A stretch of 64,000 nucleotides of DNA from Paragordius varius (Eukaryota; Animalia; Nematomorpha). The DNA lies in the NCBI GenBank assembly GCA_964247055.1, contig OZ176057.1:1984001-2048000 (forward strand), written 5' to 3'. Of the stretch, positions 27,195-42,900 are shown piece after piece. A model generated the notes under the pieces. The model had not been told where the DNA came from, did no database searches, and saw only the letters and a list, made by a program, of their open reading frames with translations. Made by a program: the position numbers and the translations under genes. The number at the start of each line of letters is the position of its first letter. Within the stretch, counting starts at the first letter, position 1.

Positions 27195-27712
27195 GTAAAT
27201 TATTTTTTATTTAAAAATTATTTTTAAATATATTAATGTTTATTTGGAAAATTTATTTTTTTTTAATTATGATTTGCAAATATAAAGTTTAGTGTGCCTA
27301 AAAATTATGGATGATTAAACTTTTTAGCCTTAAAATGGGAAAAATAGAGTATTTTAAACATTAAACAAAAATAATATATATATAATTTTAAAATATAAGT
27401 GAATTTAGATGAATGCGCAACTTTTATTATGATGAGATATTTGATTAATTTTGAATTTATAGTTTATTTAAAAACTTTAAAATTTACCATAAACTATTGT
27501 ATTAATATATTTTCTTGAGCATTTTCATAACTAATAATGAATCTTTTTAGTTAATATTTTATTTTTTTTAAGCTTTAACGCTTTTGGGCTGTTTGGGTTA
27601 TGGGTTTTTCGCATTCCTTCCAAAAACGGCGCCAAAATCAAGAAAAATTTTACGAAATGCTACATAAATTGGTATAATAATTTAATTTATATCTATAAAG
27701 TTTTTTTATATA

Positions 27713-27905
27713 CCATTTACAATTCAACAAATTCACCCTTAAACAATTCAAATTCACACATTAAAGATTACATATATTTGTATAGATTTTTAAAATATAA
27801 ATTTTCTTGATAATCAAAATTATACTAAAAAATAAATATATTAATGAGTCATAATCGCTCAAAAACACTTAATTTATTTTTAGGGTGAATTCGAATTGTA
27901 AATGG
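27713..27905. mobile_element. 193-bp MITE of the CCATTTACA family (also at 56521-56713)
   Basis: Perfect 13-bp TIR CCATTTACAATTC / GAATTGTAAATGG, flanked by TA on both sides. Inner AAATTCACCCT / AGGGTGAATT is also inverted. Confidence 0.8.
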
Positions 27906-29147
27906 TATATTTTATGAAAGTGTTAATTTTCTCAGATAATTTAGTTAGTTTTGGTAAATAAAACTAAAAAATGGTTTATTTTATACTCGGCAGTTTTGTA
28001 GTTATATTATGGAAAATAATTTTTTCTTAATCAAAATTTGCAAATTTAGTAAATTAGAAAAAATACAGTAAAAAATTTTTTTTAAAAAAATAAGCAACCA
28101 GGTATTTCCACACATAAATTATTAATTTATATTGTTGAATATTTTAACAATTTACATCTCTCATATACTTTTATTGAAACAAAAACTATGATATATATAT
28201 ATTGTAAAAATTTAAATTTTAAAAAATATATAATTCTCTTTTATCAAAAAAAAAATATTTAGTTTATGCAAACATAAATGATTAAAATATTTAAATTATA
28301 TCCCTGCATATAACTATAATTTACAGATTTTTTTCGATTTTAAAGTCGAGCCATACATAGTAAATTAGTAATATTTTAAGACATAAGTAGTTAGAACAGA
28401 AGTGTTTACCACATATGGCTTTGCGGGCCTGACCATTAACGAACATTTTATTAAATTTTAAACATAAAACTTAAAAAGTTACTCATTATTTTAACAGTTT
28501 TTGCTGTTTCACTGTCGGAAAGATTTATTCAGGAATTTTTTTTAAAAAATTTTACTTGGAGATTTTGTAAAATTTTGTATTAACAATTTTGCAGGGTCGC
28601 CTGTTAGACACCCCTAATTTCTAGAATTTATTATTTTGAAAGTATACTTTAAAATCAATGTCAATTTTTATACTTTTTTTGAATTTTTTTATATTATCTC
28701 TTTTTAAATCTATATGAATATATATAATTAATCTCTTTTTAAATCTATATGTAATAAAATAGTTTTCATTCATAATAACATTATACAATGCTATATATAT
28801 ATATATATATTTATATATGTTTTTACATCTATAAATTTTTATATTTAATATAAAGTTTTCCAACCCTTTTCCATCAGATTAAAAATAATTAAAAAATGAT
28901 AATAACATAAATTGTAGGATTAAATTTTTGATTTATTTTTACCTCGTGGTTTTTAGTGTAATTATGTACTGATTAAAATTGTTTTATTTTTTTGTTGAAG
29001 TTATGTGTAAAGGTCTATTTAGTATTAAATCTCTGTTGAAAAAAAAACAATTCATATATGATAATTTTTTAATATGAAAAATAAAATAAAATTTTATTTA
29101 ACACTTTAATCCAAATTGGGGTATCTAGTGACCTGAGATTATATATA

Positions 29148-29897
29148 CCATTTACACTTCAAGAGTGTCCTTGAACAATTCAAGTTGGTCCTTGAACAAT
29201 TCAAGTTGGTCCTTGAACAGTTCAAGTTGGTCCTTGAACAATTCAAGTTGGTCCTTAAACAATTCAAGTTGGTCCTTGAACAATTCAAGTTGGTCCTTAA
29301 AATTTATAAATTTTGATTTAACCATAATTTTTGCATTTATTCTTTTATTTTATTATTTATTAACCTAATTTTCATTATTTATTAGATATTTATTCATTTA
29401 AAAATAAATTTTTTTATTGAAAAATCACTTTGTTTCAAACTATTTTTTTTTCAATTGAACAAAATTATTGACTTTTAAATGTTTTTAATGAAAAAATTTA
29501 ATTAATAACCCAGAAAACTTATATATTTTTTCATTTCGTGTTAAGACCTTATAAATATCCAAAATTATTTTAAGAAATGAATAAAGATATAGGGTTTCTC
29601 AAAGATTAAAAGTTTGTATCGATTTAAATTTTATGTTAAATAATAGAAAATAGGTTAAATACAATAAAATAGATGAATTATTTACAATTCGATTGATAAA
29701 ATTTAAAAACAAAACAAAAAAGTCAAAGGACCAACTTGAATTGTTCAAGGACCAACTTGAATTGTTTAAGGACCAACTTGAATTGTTTAAGGACCAATTT
29801 AAATTGTTCAAGGACCAACTTGAACTGTTCAAGGACCAACTTGAATTGTTCAAGGACCAACTTGAATTGTTCAAGGACACTCTTGAAGTGTAAATGG
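29148..29897. mobile_element. 750-bp foldback-like MITE with arms built of 21-bp tandem repeats
   Basis: Ends are TA|CCATTTACACTTCAAGAGTGTCC and GGACACTCTTGAAGTGTAAATGG|TA. The left arm has 6 and the right arm 7 copies of CCTTGAACAATTCAAGTTGGT in inverted orientation. The empty site with a single TA is at 262-263 in X'. Confidence 0.88.
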
Positions 29898-30800
29898 TAT
29901 ATTTATTGATATTTTTAAAAAAACTACTAAAAGAAACGGTTTCATGTTATATTTATGCTTCTATACTAATAAAATTTACATAGATAAGCCTAAATATTTA
30001 AATAAATCCAGTTTTGAAAAAAAAGTTTCATATCAAATTACTTTGACGCCATTTTTATTTTACAAAATTTTCGCAAAATATCATTTCTATTTGATTCTAC
30101 GCCAAAATAAAAGCTAATTTTTTATTTTAATCATTTCTAACATTGATATAAACAAAAAAAGTGGTTTATTTTGCATTATCTTTATGATTAGCTACTACAA
30201 ACACATGTCATGTTTCTAAATTTTTACTTTGAAGTTTAGTTATAAAATTAATATTATTATGTTTTTTTTAACAAATCTTTTTTTAGCATTTCCGTTCATG
30301 CATCAATGTTATATAAGTGCACAAACATTTGCAATGGTTTTAATTTGTTCCATATTTTTAGAAATATTTGGATTTAAACAGGCCTAGGGTCCCCCAAAAA
30401 ATCCAATTTAAATCGGAGGACTGAAATGAATGTGTTTGTTGTAAGCAAGTGTTACTAAAATTATAATATAACCAAATGGTATATACATGGGGTAGAAAAA
30501 AATACCGTAAACTTAATGATACTACACTTATGATTGCACATAAAGTTATTATTTAGATAGATGAACAAATGTTTTAAATAAATAATTTAATTAAAAAACT
30601 TAAAACAACCCCAAAATGTATTTCATATTTTTTTCAAAAAAAAGAATTAATATCTTAAATTCGAACCAGAACAAACCCTTTTTTTACACAAAAAACAGTC
30701 AATTTTTGGTATATAGATTCATGATTATTATTATCTCTTATTTTTTGGTATTCTTTTCATAAATTATTATACTAACTGCTTATGATTAATATACTTTTAA

Positions 30801-32356
<1,556 letters not shown>

Positions 32357-34689
32357 ATTTTATAAACAACAATAATAATAATAATAATAACAATAATAAG
32401 CAAAATAACGCATGCCCTTGTTGGAAATTAACTAATAATAATAATAATATAAATAATTTTCAACAACAAGTTTTTCCTAGCTGCTGTTCTGTGGGTTCTC
32501 TTATCCATTGCAACAATGTAAATAACAGTATCATTAATAATAATAATTTTACCAATAATTACAACAAAAAGAATAATATGAATGGTAAAATGATGGACCC
32601 AAATCTTCAAAGCCCTGTGTACTGTAACACAAGATCAAATTTAAAGAAATGAAAAAAAAAATTTTTTTTTCTGGAAAAAAAAGTCGTAAAATTTTGAAAA
32701 TTTTGCGATATAGTTTTTTTTTTGGTTTTTCTCCACAAACATATGGACCTCATATTACACACATATTATGTAAAATAACTCTAAAGTTATAAACATATAC
32801 ACACAATCAATCACAAAACCATTTGATATATTTATTTTAATATTTAAATTTCAATTTGATTATATAATATTAATAATTTTTTTTCATACTGTTTAAAGAT
32901 GCAATATTATATATACATACAAACATATTTATACAGCAAAATTCGAATGAAGTGTGCATGTAATTTGGTAGTTAAAGTGTCTGTTGGTAGTTTAAAAGTG
33001 TCTGTTGCCTATATTCTGAAAAAAATGGCTAAATTTATTTCTTGAATGAATTTATTATTTCCAATTATATTACATATATGATTTTTAGTTGAATGACAAA
33101 TAAAATTTGGTTGAATAAATAAAAATTATTCCCGTCTTTCTTTCTGACATTCTTTAATTTAATTATAAAATAAATGGCCATTCAGAGTTTAGCCTGTTTT
33201 TTTATGCTAAACTCTTTTCTTGTTGGCTATTTAATGGATATGATTATACATTTTATTTAGTATTTATGATTTGCGAATTTTCCATTTTTTCGAATAAAAA
33301 ATAAAATGAAAGATTTATTAACTCAATAATATTAAGAATTTGTTTTTTAAACATGTAAAAGTTATATTAATATATATATATATTAATATATATATTAATG
33401 TATATTATTTTAATAATTTTTTTCTGTAAATTTTAAACTTAAAAACTCCAGTATAAACGACATAAGCTCGAATCCGATATCAAAAGTAGCTGGCTGTATT
33501 CTCATCATGATGACCCTTTTTTAAATATATTTAATATACCATTTACAGATTCAAATTTGTCCTTCCTTTAACCCTTAAAGTTAGTCCTTACATTTTTTAT
33601 ATTGTCTATAATTTTTTATAGATTAATTTATGCAAATCTTTCTTAGCTTCAACATTATATCATAATTTACAAATCTTTTTCCATTCAATAACGTTTCAAG
33701 CTAGTTAAATAAGTGATTGATTTTTTTATATATTTAATCGCTTAATTCTAAAATATATATCTATTATAACTCATTGCATTTTATCGTAAAAGAATTATTA
33801 ATTAAAATATTACTGTTGATTGAAAAGAAATTATTTGTTAATTAAGAAAGTTCTTTTTAAATAAACATGTTAAATATGATTCACATATAAATGTATTCAA
33901 TAAATTGTGAGTATAGGCAAAATTTTTATGTATGTGGACCCTTGAAATGTTTAAAGTCAACTAGAAGTGCAAACATGATAAATTTGAACCATATGCTAAT
34001 ATTAAAAAAGGCTATTGAGTTTGTTTTAATTAAAATATATCCAAGCAATTCATAAGGTTTCAAACTTGCAAAACTTGCTTCCAATCGATGGTATTATCTG
34101 GTGCCGTAATTAACTTAGCAAATGTTTTATAAAGGATCGATTTTTAAAGTTAAATGAATGATTAAATGTAAAAAAAATTTAAAAAATAAATTATATACTT
34201 ATTCGTCAAATTTTATATTAAATACACATGTAATGCATGTATGACTGAGATGGGAAATTACAGATATTAAGTAAAATTTAACGTAATTTGAGTTAAAAGA
34301 TTTAATGTTATAAAGTTACAACGCATTATTTATTTCTTCATTTTTATATAAAAAAGTGGCTAGTTTGCAAAATACTTTTTCAGTTAAACGAAAATTTTTC
34401 AGAAGTTAAGGTAAAACAATTAGTTGACGTCTTTGAGTATAATTATTACGCATTCATAAGGTGACCAGATTTTTTGAAGGAAAAAGCGGGACAAATCTGA
34501 GAAAGGGGGGGGGGGTTATGAGGTGGGGTGTACAACCAAAAATTTTTATACAAAAAATTTATTGTAGTATTTATTTATTTTTAACACAAATACATTATAA
34601 ATATGAAAAAATATTTAATTCCTTGGTATATTTTTTATTTGAGTGAATGCGTTTTAGCAGATTGTCATCATTTTATAAAATATTGTAGA

Positions 34690-36399
34690 AGTTTTAACAA
34701 GAATTTGTCAAATTATATTTGACAGATAAAATGGTAAAGTTTCAACATTTAAATTTGATTTTTCAGATGTCCACATCTGATTTACTGTGGAAAAAACGCG
34801 CTCAGTAGCAGCGTTGGTTCCACGTAAAGATAATGCAAATTCTACATTTTTAAAATATTGTATGGAACATAGTTGTTTCAAAATGATGAAATATTTCTAA
34901 CCATTTCTTTTCTACTGTATTTTTTTTTGTTGTCCATAATTTAAGTTTTTCTATTAATATATTTTATAACTAATGATATTTTATAAAAAAGATATTTTCT
35001 GAAAGGTTACTTTTTAAGAATTTTTGGGAGATGCAGAAATGATTTCTGAACATCGCACCAATTAAATTCTGGTTTTAATGTTATCCAATGAAATTGATTA
35101 ATTTCGTTAAACTGCATCGTCCAGTCTTCCAATAATCTTTACAGTTTGTATAAAACATTTTTAATGGTACAGGATATCTTGGCGATATATTTAGCCTTGA
35201 TTTTCTAAATTATTTATAATATTGCGGATGGTTACTGGTATAAAATTATTTATTGGAATTTTAGGTTACTAACTTCATTGGCTATTTCGATTGCCGAAGT
35301 TTTGGCACTTTCTATCCATTTAATAACATTTTGAAAGAGAGAAGATTGATTATGTAGGAACTCTAACCATATTGAAGAATCACTTTCAATAAACTTTTCC
35401 AAAGTTGTAGGACAATTGTCCTGTGATAAAAAAATAGGATTTTAAAGGATCATTTTTTAAAATTCCTTCGATAGCTGGCAGAAGAGCAAACCAACGAGTT
35501 TTACAATATTCAAGCATTTTTTAATATTGAACTACTGCATTTGCACAGAATTTCTTAAGCGTTTTAACGCGTACCGTGTATATAAAAATAGGAATATACC
35601 TTAACTACTACATTTCCCACATCGGGGTAACAAATCAGCAACCGTTTGAAAAGCGTTATGTGTTATATGCGCTACACACCCAACATCAATAATGGATTAA
35701 GATTATCTGCTAATTACTGAAACTTATTTTTTGTTCCCCTCCTTGATTTCCACCGAAGTTCGTATTGGTGTTGTCACCGCATTATGCGATGATTTTGTCT
35801 TTTAAATTATTTTTCCCTAGAATATTCATTATTGAAGTAAAATTATGTCGGAATTCGCACCGGGTAGAGAAATAAAATTTAAAATTTTAATTTTACTTTG
35901 GTTTCTGGACCAAAATATTTTATTAACGTGGGAAATATTTTTGTTTCCTGATTTGATACATCAGAGTATGGCGATAGGAAATTAATTTTCAGCAAATCTT
36001 TTTGTATACAGAAAATGCATGTGGCGAAAGGACAATGCATACAATGGCTTCAGCCTTTGTACGGGCACAAATAACATGTGAGCTACAATCCATAGATCTA
36101 AAGGAATGATTGTGATTAACGCGTGAAAAGATAAAACGCCTTGGGCTAGTGCCAAATTCTTTTCTTCCTCTCCAAAAGCGGTTTTACGATAAAAATCGCT
36201 CATTTTGTAAGATGATGCCACCATATCTAAACATTTTTTATGTTTCTGTGTTTCCATATGCTTTGTAATATCATGCTTACCGCCATGTGGTAGGGTGAAC
36301 CCCTAACACCAAGCATTTAACAAATGATTCGTTTTTTTTGATAAAAGGAAATTTTTTCATTAAATCATCGTTAAATTTACAACCTCTTTTTGTACTTAT
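34690..36399 (-). pseudogene. hAT transposase remnant
   Basis: Frame-hopping translation gives STKRGCKFNDDLMKKFPFIKK, a zinc-finger-like HGGKHDITKHMETQKH, NHNHSFRSMDC..CARTKAEAIV, GCVAHITHNAF, VYSYFYIYTVRV, KTRWFALLPAIE, and dimerization-domain GTNAATERVFSTVNQMWTSEKSNLNVETL. It has many stops and frameshifts, and the probable start codon reads ATA. The left boundary is approximate. Confidence 0.88.
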
Positions 36400-36411
36400 A
36401 TTTTAAACTAA

Positions 36412-36979
36412 TCTATATATTATAAAAATGGAAAATGCTGGCTTTGTGATCTGGTACCGGAAAACCTGTGGACCCATTCAAATCCAAACTTCGAAAAAAT
36501 ATAATCATTAATGAATGCCCCGACAATAGCTTCGCCCTTATTTTGAAATAGGCCCCCAGTTCGGGCCCACCCCGTGTGAAAAACGGGTTATTTTGAAAAC
36601 AGAAATCCACAAAAATCGTGTCTTTGAGACAATTTTCTGGAGAAAGTGTTGGATAATTCAATTTACTTATTTTCGATTGCACCGAACATAGTCGTCTCGC
36701 TTTTTTGATTTAGTTTCTCTTTTCACCCGCTCCAAATGCCATTTTTTCAAAAAACAGTCCACAAAAATATTTTTTTAAATCTATTTTTCGCCCTAATAAA
36801 CAATATATTAGTATGAATGCTCCGTTTTAAAATTCCTATAAAATCATATCTATTAAATAATGTTTCGAAATAATCCACATATGTGGATCATTTTATAGTC
36901 CCTTATTTGAAATAGCCCTCCCCCTCCAGAAGTCCGAAGGACTTCCTCGGGCTGCGTAGCAGCACGAGATTTACGCTAC
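36412..36979 (+). mobile_element. Non-autonomous Helitron (568 bp) nested in the hAT 5' region
   Basis: 5' end is A|TCTATATATTATAAAA. The 3' end has GC-rich hairpins at 36929-36968 and ends CTAC|T, one base off the canonical CTRR. It sits between A and T with no TSD and is more GC-rich than its flanks. Confidence 0.72.
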
Positions 36980-39900
36980 TATTAATATAAAAAATATTAT
37001 ATTACCTTAATTTTCTGGAGTAAACGTATAAGCTACCGATTTGTGATATTAATTGGTCTTTTTGATAATGTTATAGGATTAGGAAGCAAAGTGTATAATC
37101 ATATGATATAAATTTGAAAAAAATAAATATTTTTTATTTAAAATAAAAAACTTTAATTTAAAATTGATACAGATTTTAAAGATAACTAATGATAAAAAAT
37201 TTAAACGGATAAAAAAATAAATTTTTTATAAAAAATTTAAATTTATTTAAAAAAATTTTTTTTTTATATAATCGTGAAAAAGCGGAACATTTCAAAAACA
37301 CAACGGGACGCGGGACAAAGTGTGAAAAGCGGGACGTCTGGTCACCTTACGCATTCATTACCCCATGCCCAAGCTTCATAAAACACTTTGGATGTTATTT
37401 TATCAATTTATAATTGAGTTTTTGATTTTGAATAAAATTAACACCGAAGATTCTATAAACTGAATAAAAGTCAGTTTTATAGTTCATTTTTCAGGATACA
37501 ACGTAGATTTTTTCAAATTACTAAATTAGACGAATTTCTGATTAATGTTACTACAAAATACAAATATGCTTCTAAAAATTACTACCTTGTATACGTGCAA
37601 CCTTTGATAAAAATATTTCAAAAATTTATAATCTTTTTACTGTCACAATAAAAATCCTGATATGTTTGTTTTTATATTATTAATTATTTCTGCTTAAAAT
37701 AAAATTTCTAACAAATCATATATTAATTCAATAACTTTAGTTCTCATTATTATATATATAAAAATTTCCCATTCATTATAAATTTGAGGTTGTTGCTTTT
37801 TCCATAAGTAATCACCATAATTGGACAATATAGACAGCTTTTAGGACACCGTACTAATTAATATATAATAATTGGGTAAGAATATAAATAAATATAATAG
37901 ATAGAATACCACTCCATGATCAACGATTATTAGTAATTTGGTTTTAAGAATATATTGACTTCCTATTTAAATATGTTTATTAATAAATTAAAGTGGAATC
38001 CAAATATAAAAAAATCACCTATGCAACATAAATATTTCATAATACCTAAAATATAAAAATTGATCGTATAAATAAGACCATTTTGTCTTGTCTAAAGTAG
38101 GAAAGTTTTGAGGAAGTATTTTAAATAATTATTGCCATAGAGTGTAAAAAATCTTTAAATTGATATTCGTTGCAAAAATGCCCTAAATGCAGAATATTTT
38201 TAACATAGGGAAACGAAATAATATGTATATATATATACCCTCATAGCTATGGTCCCATTGTAATCTGGAACCACGACCCTTAAATATACCACTGATATTG
38301 GATCAAGAACTCCACCCGAACCTGATATGGCTGACCCTATGTCAGAGCCATCGACTGTGATTTCAAACGTATTTGTTGCGAAACCAGTTATAACTATATA
38401 TGGAAAAAAATATTTATTTACAGTAATGCCCCCTTTATACAATCAATATACGCATTAATGTTGTTCACATTTTTTGACCAGTTGGTAAGGTTAAAAAAGA
38501 GAAAATGGTTGGAATACAATTATATCCTATCTTACGACGTCAATTAATTATACAGATAGCATTTGTACTATATTTACCAAGTGATCAACAATATGTGAAT
38601 TGATTAATTATATGCATACTGTAAATACAGTAAACATTTCTTCATAAACTTTTTAAAATAAAGCAAGTATGCATAAATAGATTATTTAGATTATCATATA
38701 TTTCTCCGATTTTTACTGAGAGGTCGTTGTTTTTTTTATGACAGGTGCACGAGTTCCACTCTATATGGTTTTTAGGTGGGTCAATATAAAAATCGCCGTA
38801 ATTTAAAGGGGAAGGAAAAAAAATCATGTTTGTGTATTAATTAATTTTATTGTGTCTGTCATACTCGCAAACTTTTTATCCAAATTTTAACGTATTGTTT
38901 TAGGGAACAATAAGAATTAAACCTAGAAAAGCAAGATTAAAACCCTTAATTATTGCTACAAAAAGATATGATATAAAACGACACAATTTTACATTATAAT
39001 TTGATTACTGACTATAAATTCTCACTTAATATAACAAAGTTAACAACCAGAAAATCAATTATAATTCTTAGTATTATACCCCATTTACAGTTTAATATAT
39101 ATAAATTTAAAACATACTATTGGCCCATCCTGCGAATAGGAGATATTCATTTCCACAATTTTTGAAGGAGTCTCCTAAATATAAAATACATTCTTTAATA
39201 TCCAAATTAATTATAAGTTTAAAAAATATTCTGGAATAGAACCAATAAATATATTTAAAATCTATAAAGCTACTTTTGGGTAATTAATTTATAAAAGATT
39301 ACGTTTGTTATTAAATTATAGATGTTAGGAATTTTAAAAAATGCAAGGAAATTATACATTTAAAAAGTAATCTAAAGCAAAAAAACTTAGAAAACTCAAT
39401 ATTAAAACAATCCGTTGGAGTCAATAACGACTTGCTAAAAATTTTGTCCAACTCTTAAATGTGCTTTATCCCAATCGTCGGATAAATTTTGTGATTAAAG
39501 ATGATGAATTATTATATATTAAAAAAACTTAATCATAACAATCTAAATAGTTTTTAATAAAACAATATTTTTTTATTGGGATTGCAAAGAGAATAGATGT
39601 GTGAAATGGTTAGCAAAAAACTCTAATTTTTTGTAAGAAATAAATTCTATCAAAAATATATTAATATACTTACTCCTTTGTATTATAAATCTCCTTCCAT
39701 AATAATATTAAATTTAAACATAAAAGGTTCATGTGATTTATATGAAGTTGTGATTTCCATGTGCAAAATTTAATTCAGCCAATTTTGCATACAATAAATA
39801 TTTATAATGAAATTTAGTTGCATAGTTTAAGCAATTCGGCCGTTTAAGAAGATAAAGATTGCATATAACTTTAAAATAACGTGGCCCGCTAAACCAAATA

Positions 39901-42900
39901 TTTTTTAAATAGAAAATTTTAAACTGTAGCTGGTGTTTCATAAGGTTCCAGCCGTATGTATTTAACGGCAGGATTTGACAAGAGTCAATATTAGTGATTA
40001 AAGTGATTTAAAGCGACTATGATCGTAATCAGAAATAAATTTATATGGGAAAGCTGTTTGGGAAAACAAATTTGAAGGCTTTGGGCCTTCTGCTCAATCG
40101 CAAAAATGGATGGGAACGTGAATGCAGGCAACAAACCAGTCATAGGAACGGAATGAAGGAGCTATTACGAGGTAATTGTATTTTTTAGGTTCATTGGAAA
40201 ACACTCTATGGACGTTCGTTCACTGACTGCGGAGATTTGGAAGGTTGCTACTCAAACAGGAGCCGTGGACAGATGAAGGTCGGACTTTGTCGATAGATGG
40301 GAGGCTGAACGGGAAATATTGTGCATTGGACTCTGGCCTTTGGGACGGAACTTGGTTGGCGAGAGCTACTCGACAAGATGCGCTGGGGAGAATGATCGCA
40401 CCATGGATCAAACAATAGTACTTGGATGGCGGCTTGAATGCACAACAAACTCTCATTATGGAGAGTTTTTGGGCCTGATGACTCTCTCTAATGGGAGGAA
40501 TAAATCCCACTTCACACGAGTGGGGAAAATCAGCTCTTATTATTTTGAGAGAGTTGTTTTCCTCACTCGTGTGTGAAGGAGGATTTATTTCTCCCATTAG
40601 AGAGAGAGTAAGGCCTCTAAGTCCAAAATTTAAATTTGAGCACTCTTACTCCCGGACGCTCAAAATAAAATTTTGGACTTAGAATATTTTTTAATTTTTT
40701 TTCTCGCCCTTTGGTGGGGGGGGGGGGTTAATATATATTTATTTATATTTTTTAATTTTTTTTATAAAAACATATTTATTCAAACATTATCGTCATTTAT
40801 TGAATTCATATATATAATTCATTAAATGTGATTGTTTCAGATTCATTCTTGTAAGTTAGTTTTGTTTCTTTTCTAGTTTAGTTATTTGTTCCATATTCAT
40901 GTGAGTTAGTTAGTCATTTTGATCTCTGTTAATTTGTTGTTTGTTTCTAATGTATAAAAAATGATAAAAAATAGTATTAGATTCGAGGTTAGATAATATT
41001 AGTAAAATTCAATTTGCGGTTTATTTACAATTCATGATTAATAAAAGTGAAAACAAAATTAATAAAACTCGAAACCCCACAAAACCCGGCCACAAAATCG
41101 TCTTGACATATCTTAAACGTCACGGTATAAAATTACATAATTATCCGGAAAAAGCCCAAATTAAGAGTTTTAAAACCGTCCTATAAAACAGAAGAAAATC
41201 TCTTTGAAACTATTCTACTTAAATTTTGCGGTTACTTAACAAATTAGCAGTTATTAACAAATGTATTTCCGTAATTAAAACCCAAGGAATAAGATACACA
41301 ACTTATTAAAAAAGAAAGAATTCCTTTACTTTCCCTAAGCCCAGCCCAAACAGGAAAGCCTTTAATTTCGATCAAACATCGCAAAGAGCATATCTGTGCA
41401 TCGAAAAATAATTTTAAATAATAAACAAAAAAATAAATCAAAATTTGCAAATTCAGAGACAAAGTTTGAAGGATAAAATTAAAAAGAAATGCGTGGGTCG
41501 CTTGCCTTCTTTAAGAGAATGAACCAACTCTCCCTCACCCTGGGCAACAATCTCGCTTGAAATATTTTAAACGTAGATCTAAACAAAATTTTAATCAAAC
41601 ACAGTATAAAATTAGCACTTTCAAACTATTTACTTTAAATATAAATTTTGCGGTTTCTATACAAAATAGCAGTTTATTAATTCCGTAACTAAAACACAAA
41701 ATTAGCCGTAAAATTGCAATTTTAGTACAAATCCATTAAAAATAAAGAATACTTTGATTTACATAAGCCCAGCCCATAAACTTGAAATCCTTTAATATTC
41801 TATTAATTAAACACAGCAATATAAATAGCATATGATCTTGTTAAAAAGTTTGCGGTCAAATAAAATTCAGATAATTTGATAAAATGATGTAAAATTAAAC
41901 AAAAAACAGAAATAGGAAAAAAGAATATCCTTCCTTAAAACAAAACAAAAGCTAAAAAATTCAGAGACAAAGATTTATTTTAAAAAGAAATGCGTGGGTC
42001 TCGGCCTGCTTCGCAGCCCGAGGAAGTCCTGCGGACTTCTTTAAGAAAATGAACCAACTCCAATCCCTTACCCTAACCCTAGCCCACAAACTCGAAAACC
42101 TTATTTAAACCTAGATCGATATTTTGCTCAAAAACCATAACAGCTTTAAAGGGCAAAATAGAGCTTTTATTAAAAAGAATTGTAGCATTTTTAAAAGAGA
42201 TTTTGCGGTTTTAAAAGAGTTTTTACGGTTCTTTTAAACTATCATTATTATTTTTTAAATGTAATCGTTGTTTATATAATAAATAATAAAAAAATAATAA
42301 TTGATTTATCAGAATGAAGACAGCTGTTTATTAAAAAATAATTTGTGTAAATCAACCGTTTTTTATAAAACAAGTAATTATTTAAAACAATCGATTAATT
42401 TAAAAAACTGATTATTGATAAAATCTGGTTAATTAAAACAAGTTATCAATATAAACAACTAATTGATTAATACAAATGTTTAATAAAAACAACTTGATAA
42501 CTTTCTAAAAAACTTACTGTTCAATTACAGCTGATTAAATAATACAACTATATAAAAACAATTGAATAATAAAAACAACTGATTAATTAAAATAAATGAT
42601 TAATAAAAACGAATGATTAATTAAAACAACTGATTTATAAAAGCTGATTAATTACAGCTGTCCAACTGATTAATAAAAAATGATTATTAAAAACAAATAA
42701 TTAATAAATACAACTGATTGATTACTAACACAACTGATTTATCTGAATAATAAGGAAAAAATAAAAAATATTCAGACAATTAGTTATTAACGCAAAAATT
42801 AAATAAAATATATACTTAAATAGTTTATTTGATATGGCAGAAATGAAGTGGATACTATATTGTTTCCTAAAATAAAATATAAAGTCAAATACTAAATCTT

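Larger units (their letters stand above)
34457..37349 (-). mobile_element. hAT (Blackjack-like) DNA transposon with a decayed transposase
   Basis: Perfect 13-bp TIR TAAGGTGACCAGA / TCTGGTCACCTTA and 8-bp TSD CGCATTCA (34449-34456, 37350-37357), with subterminal CGGGAC repeats. The empty site CGCATTAA is at 8546-8553. Confidence 0.95.

Noticed and set aside
29165-29893. ORFs with SLNNSSW or KDQLELF repeats (and copies at 57973-58701)
   Set aside because: They are translations of the 21-bp tandem units in the foldback arms; a unit length divisible by three keeps frames open.
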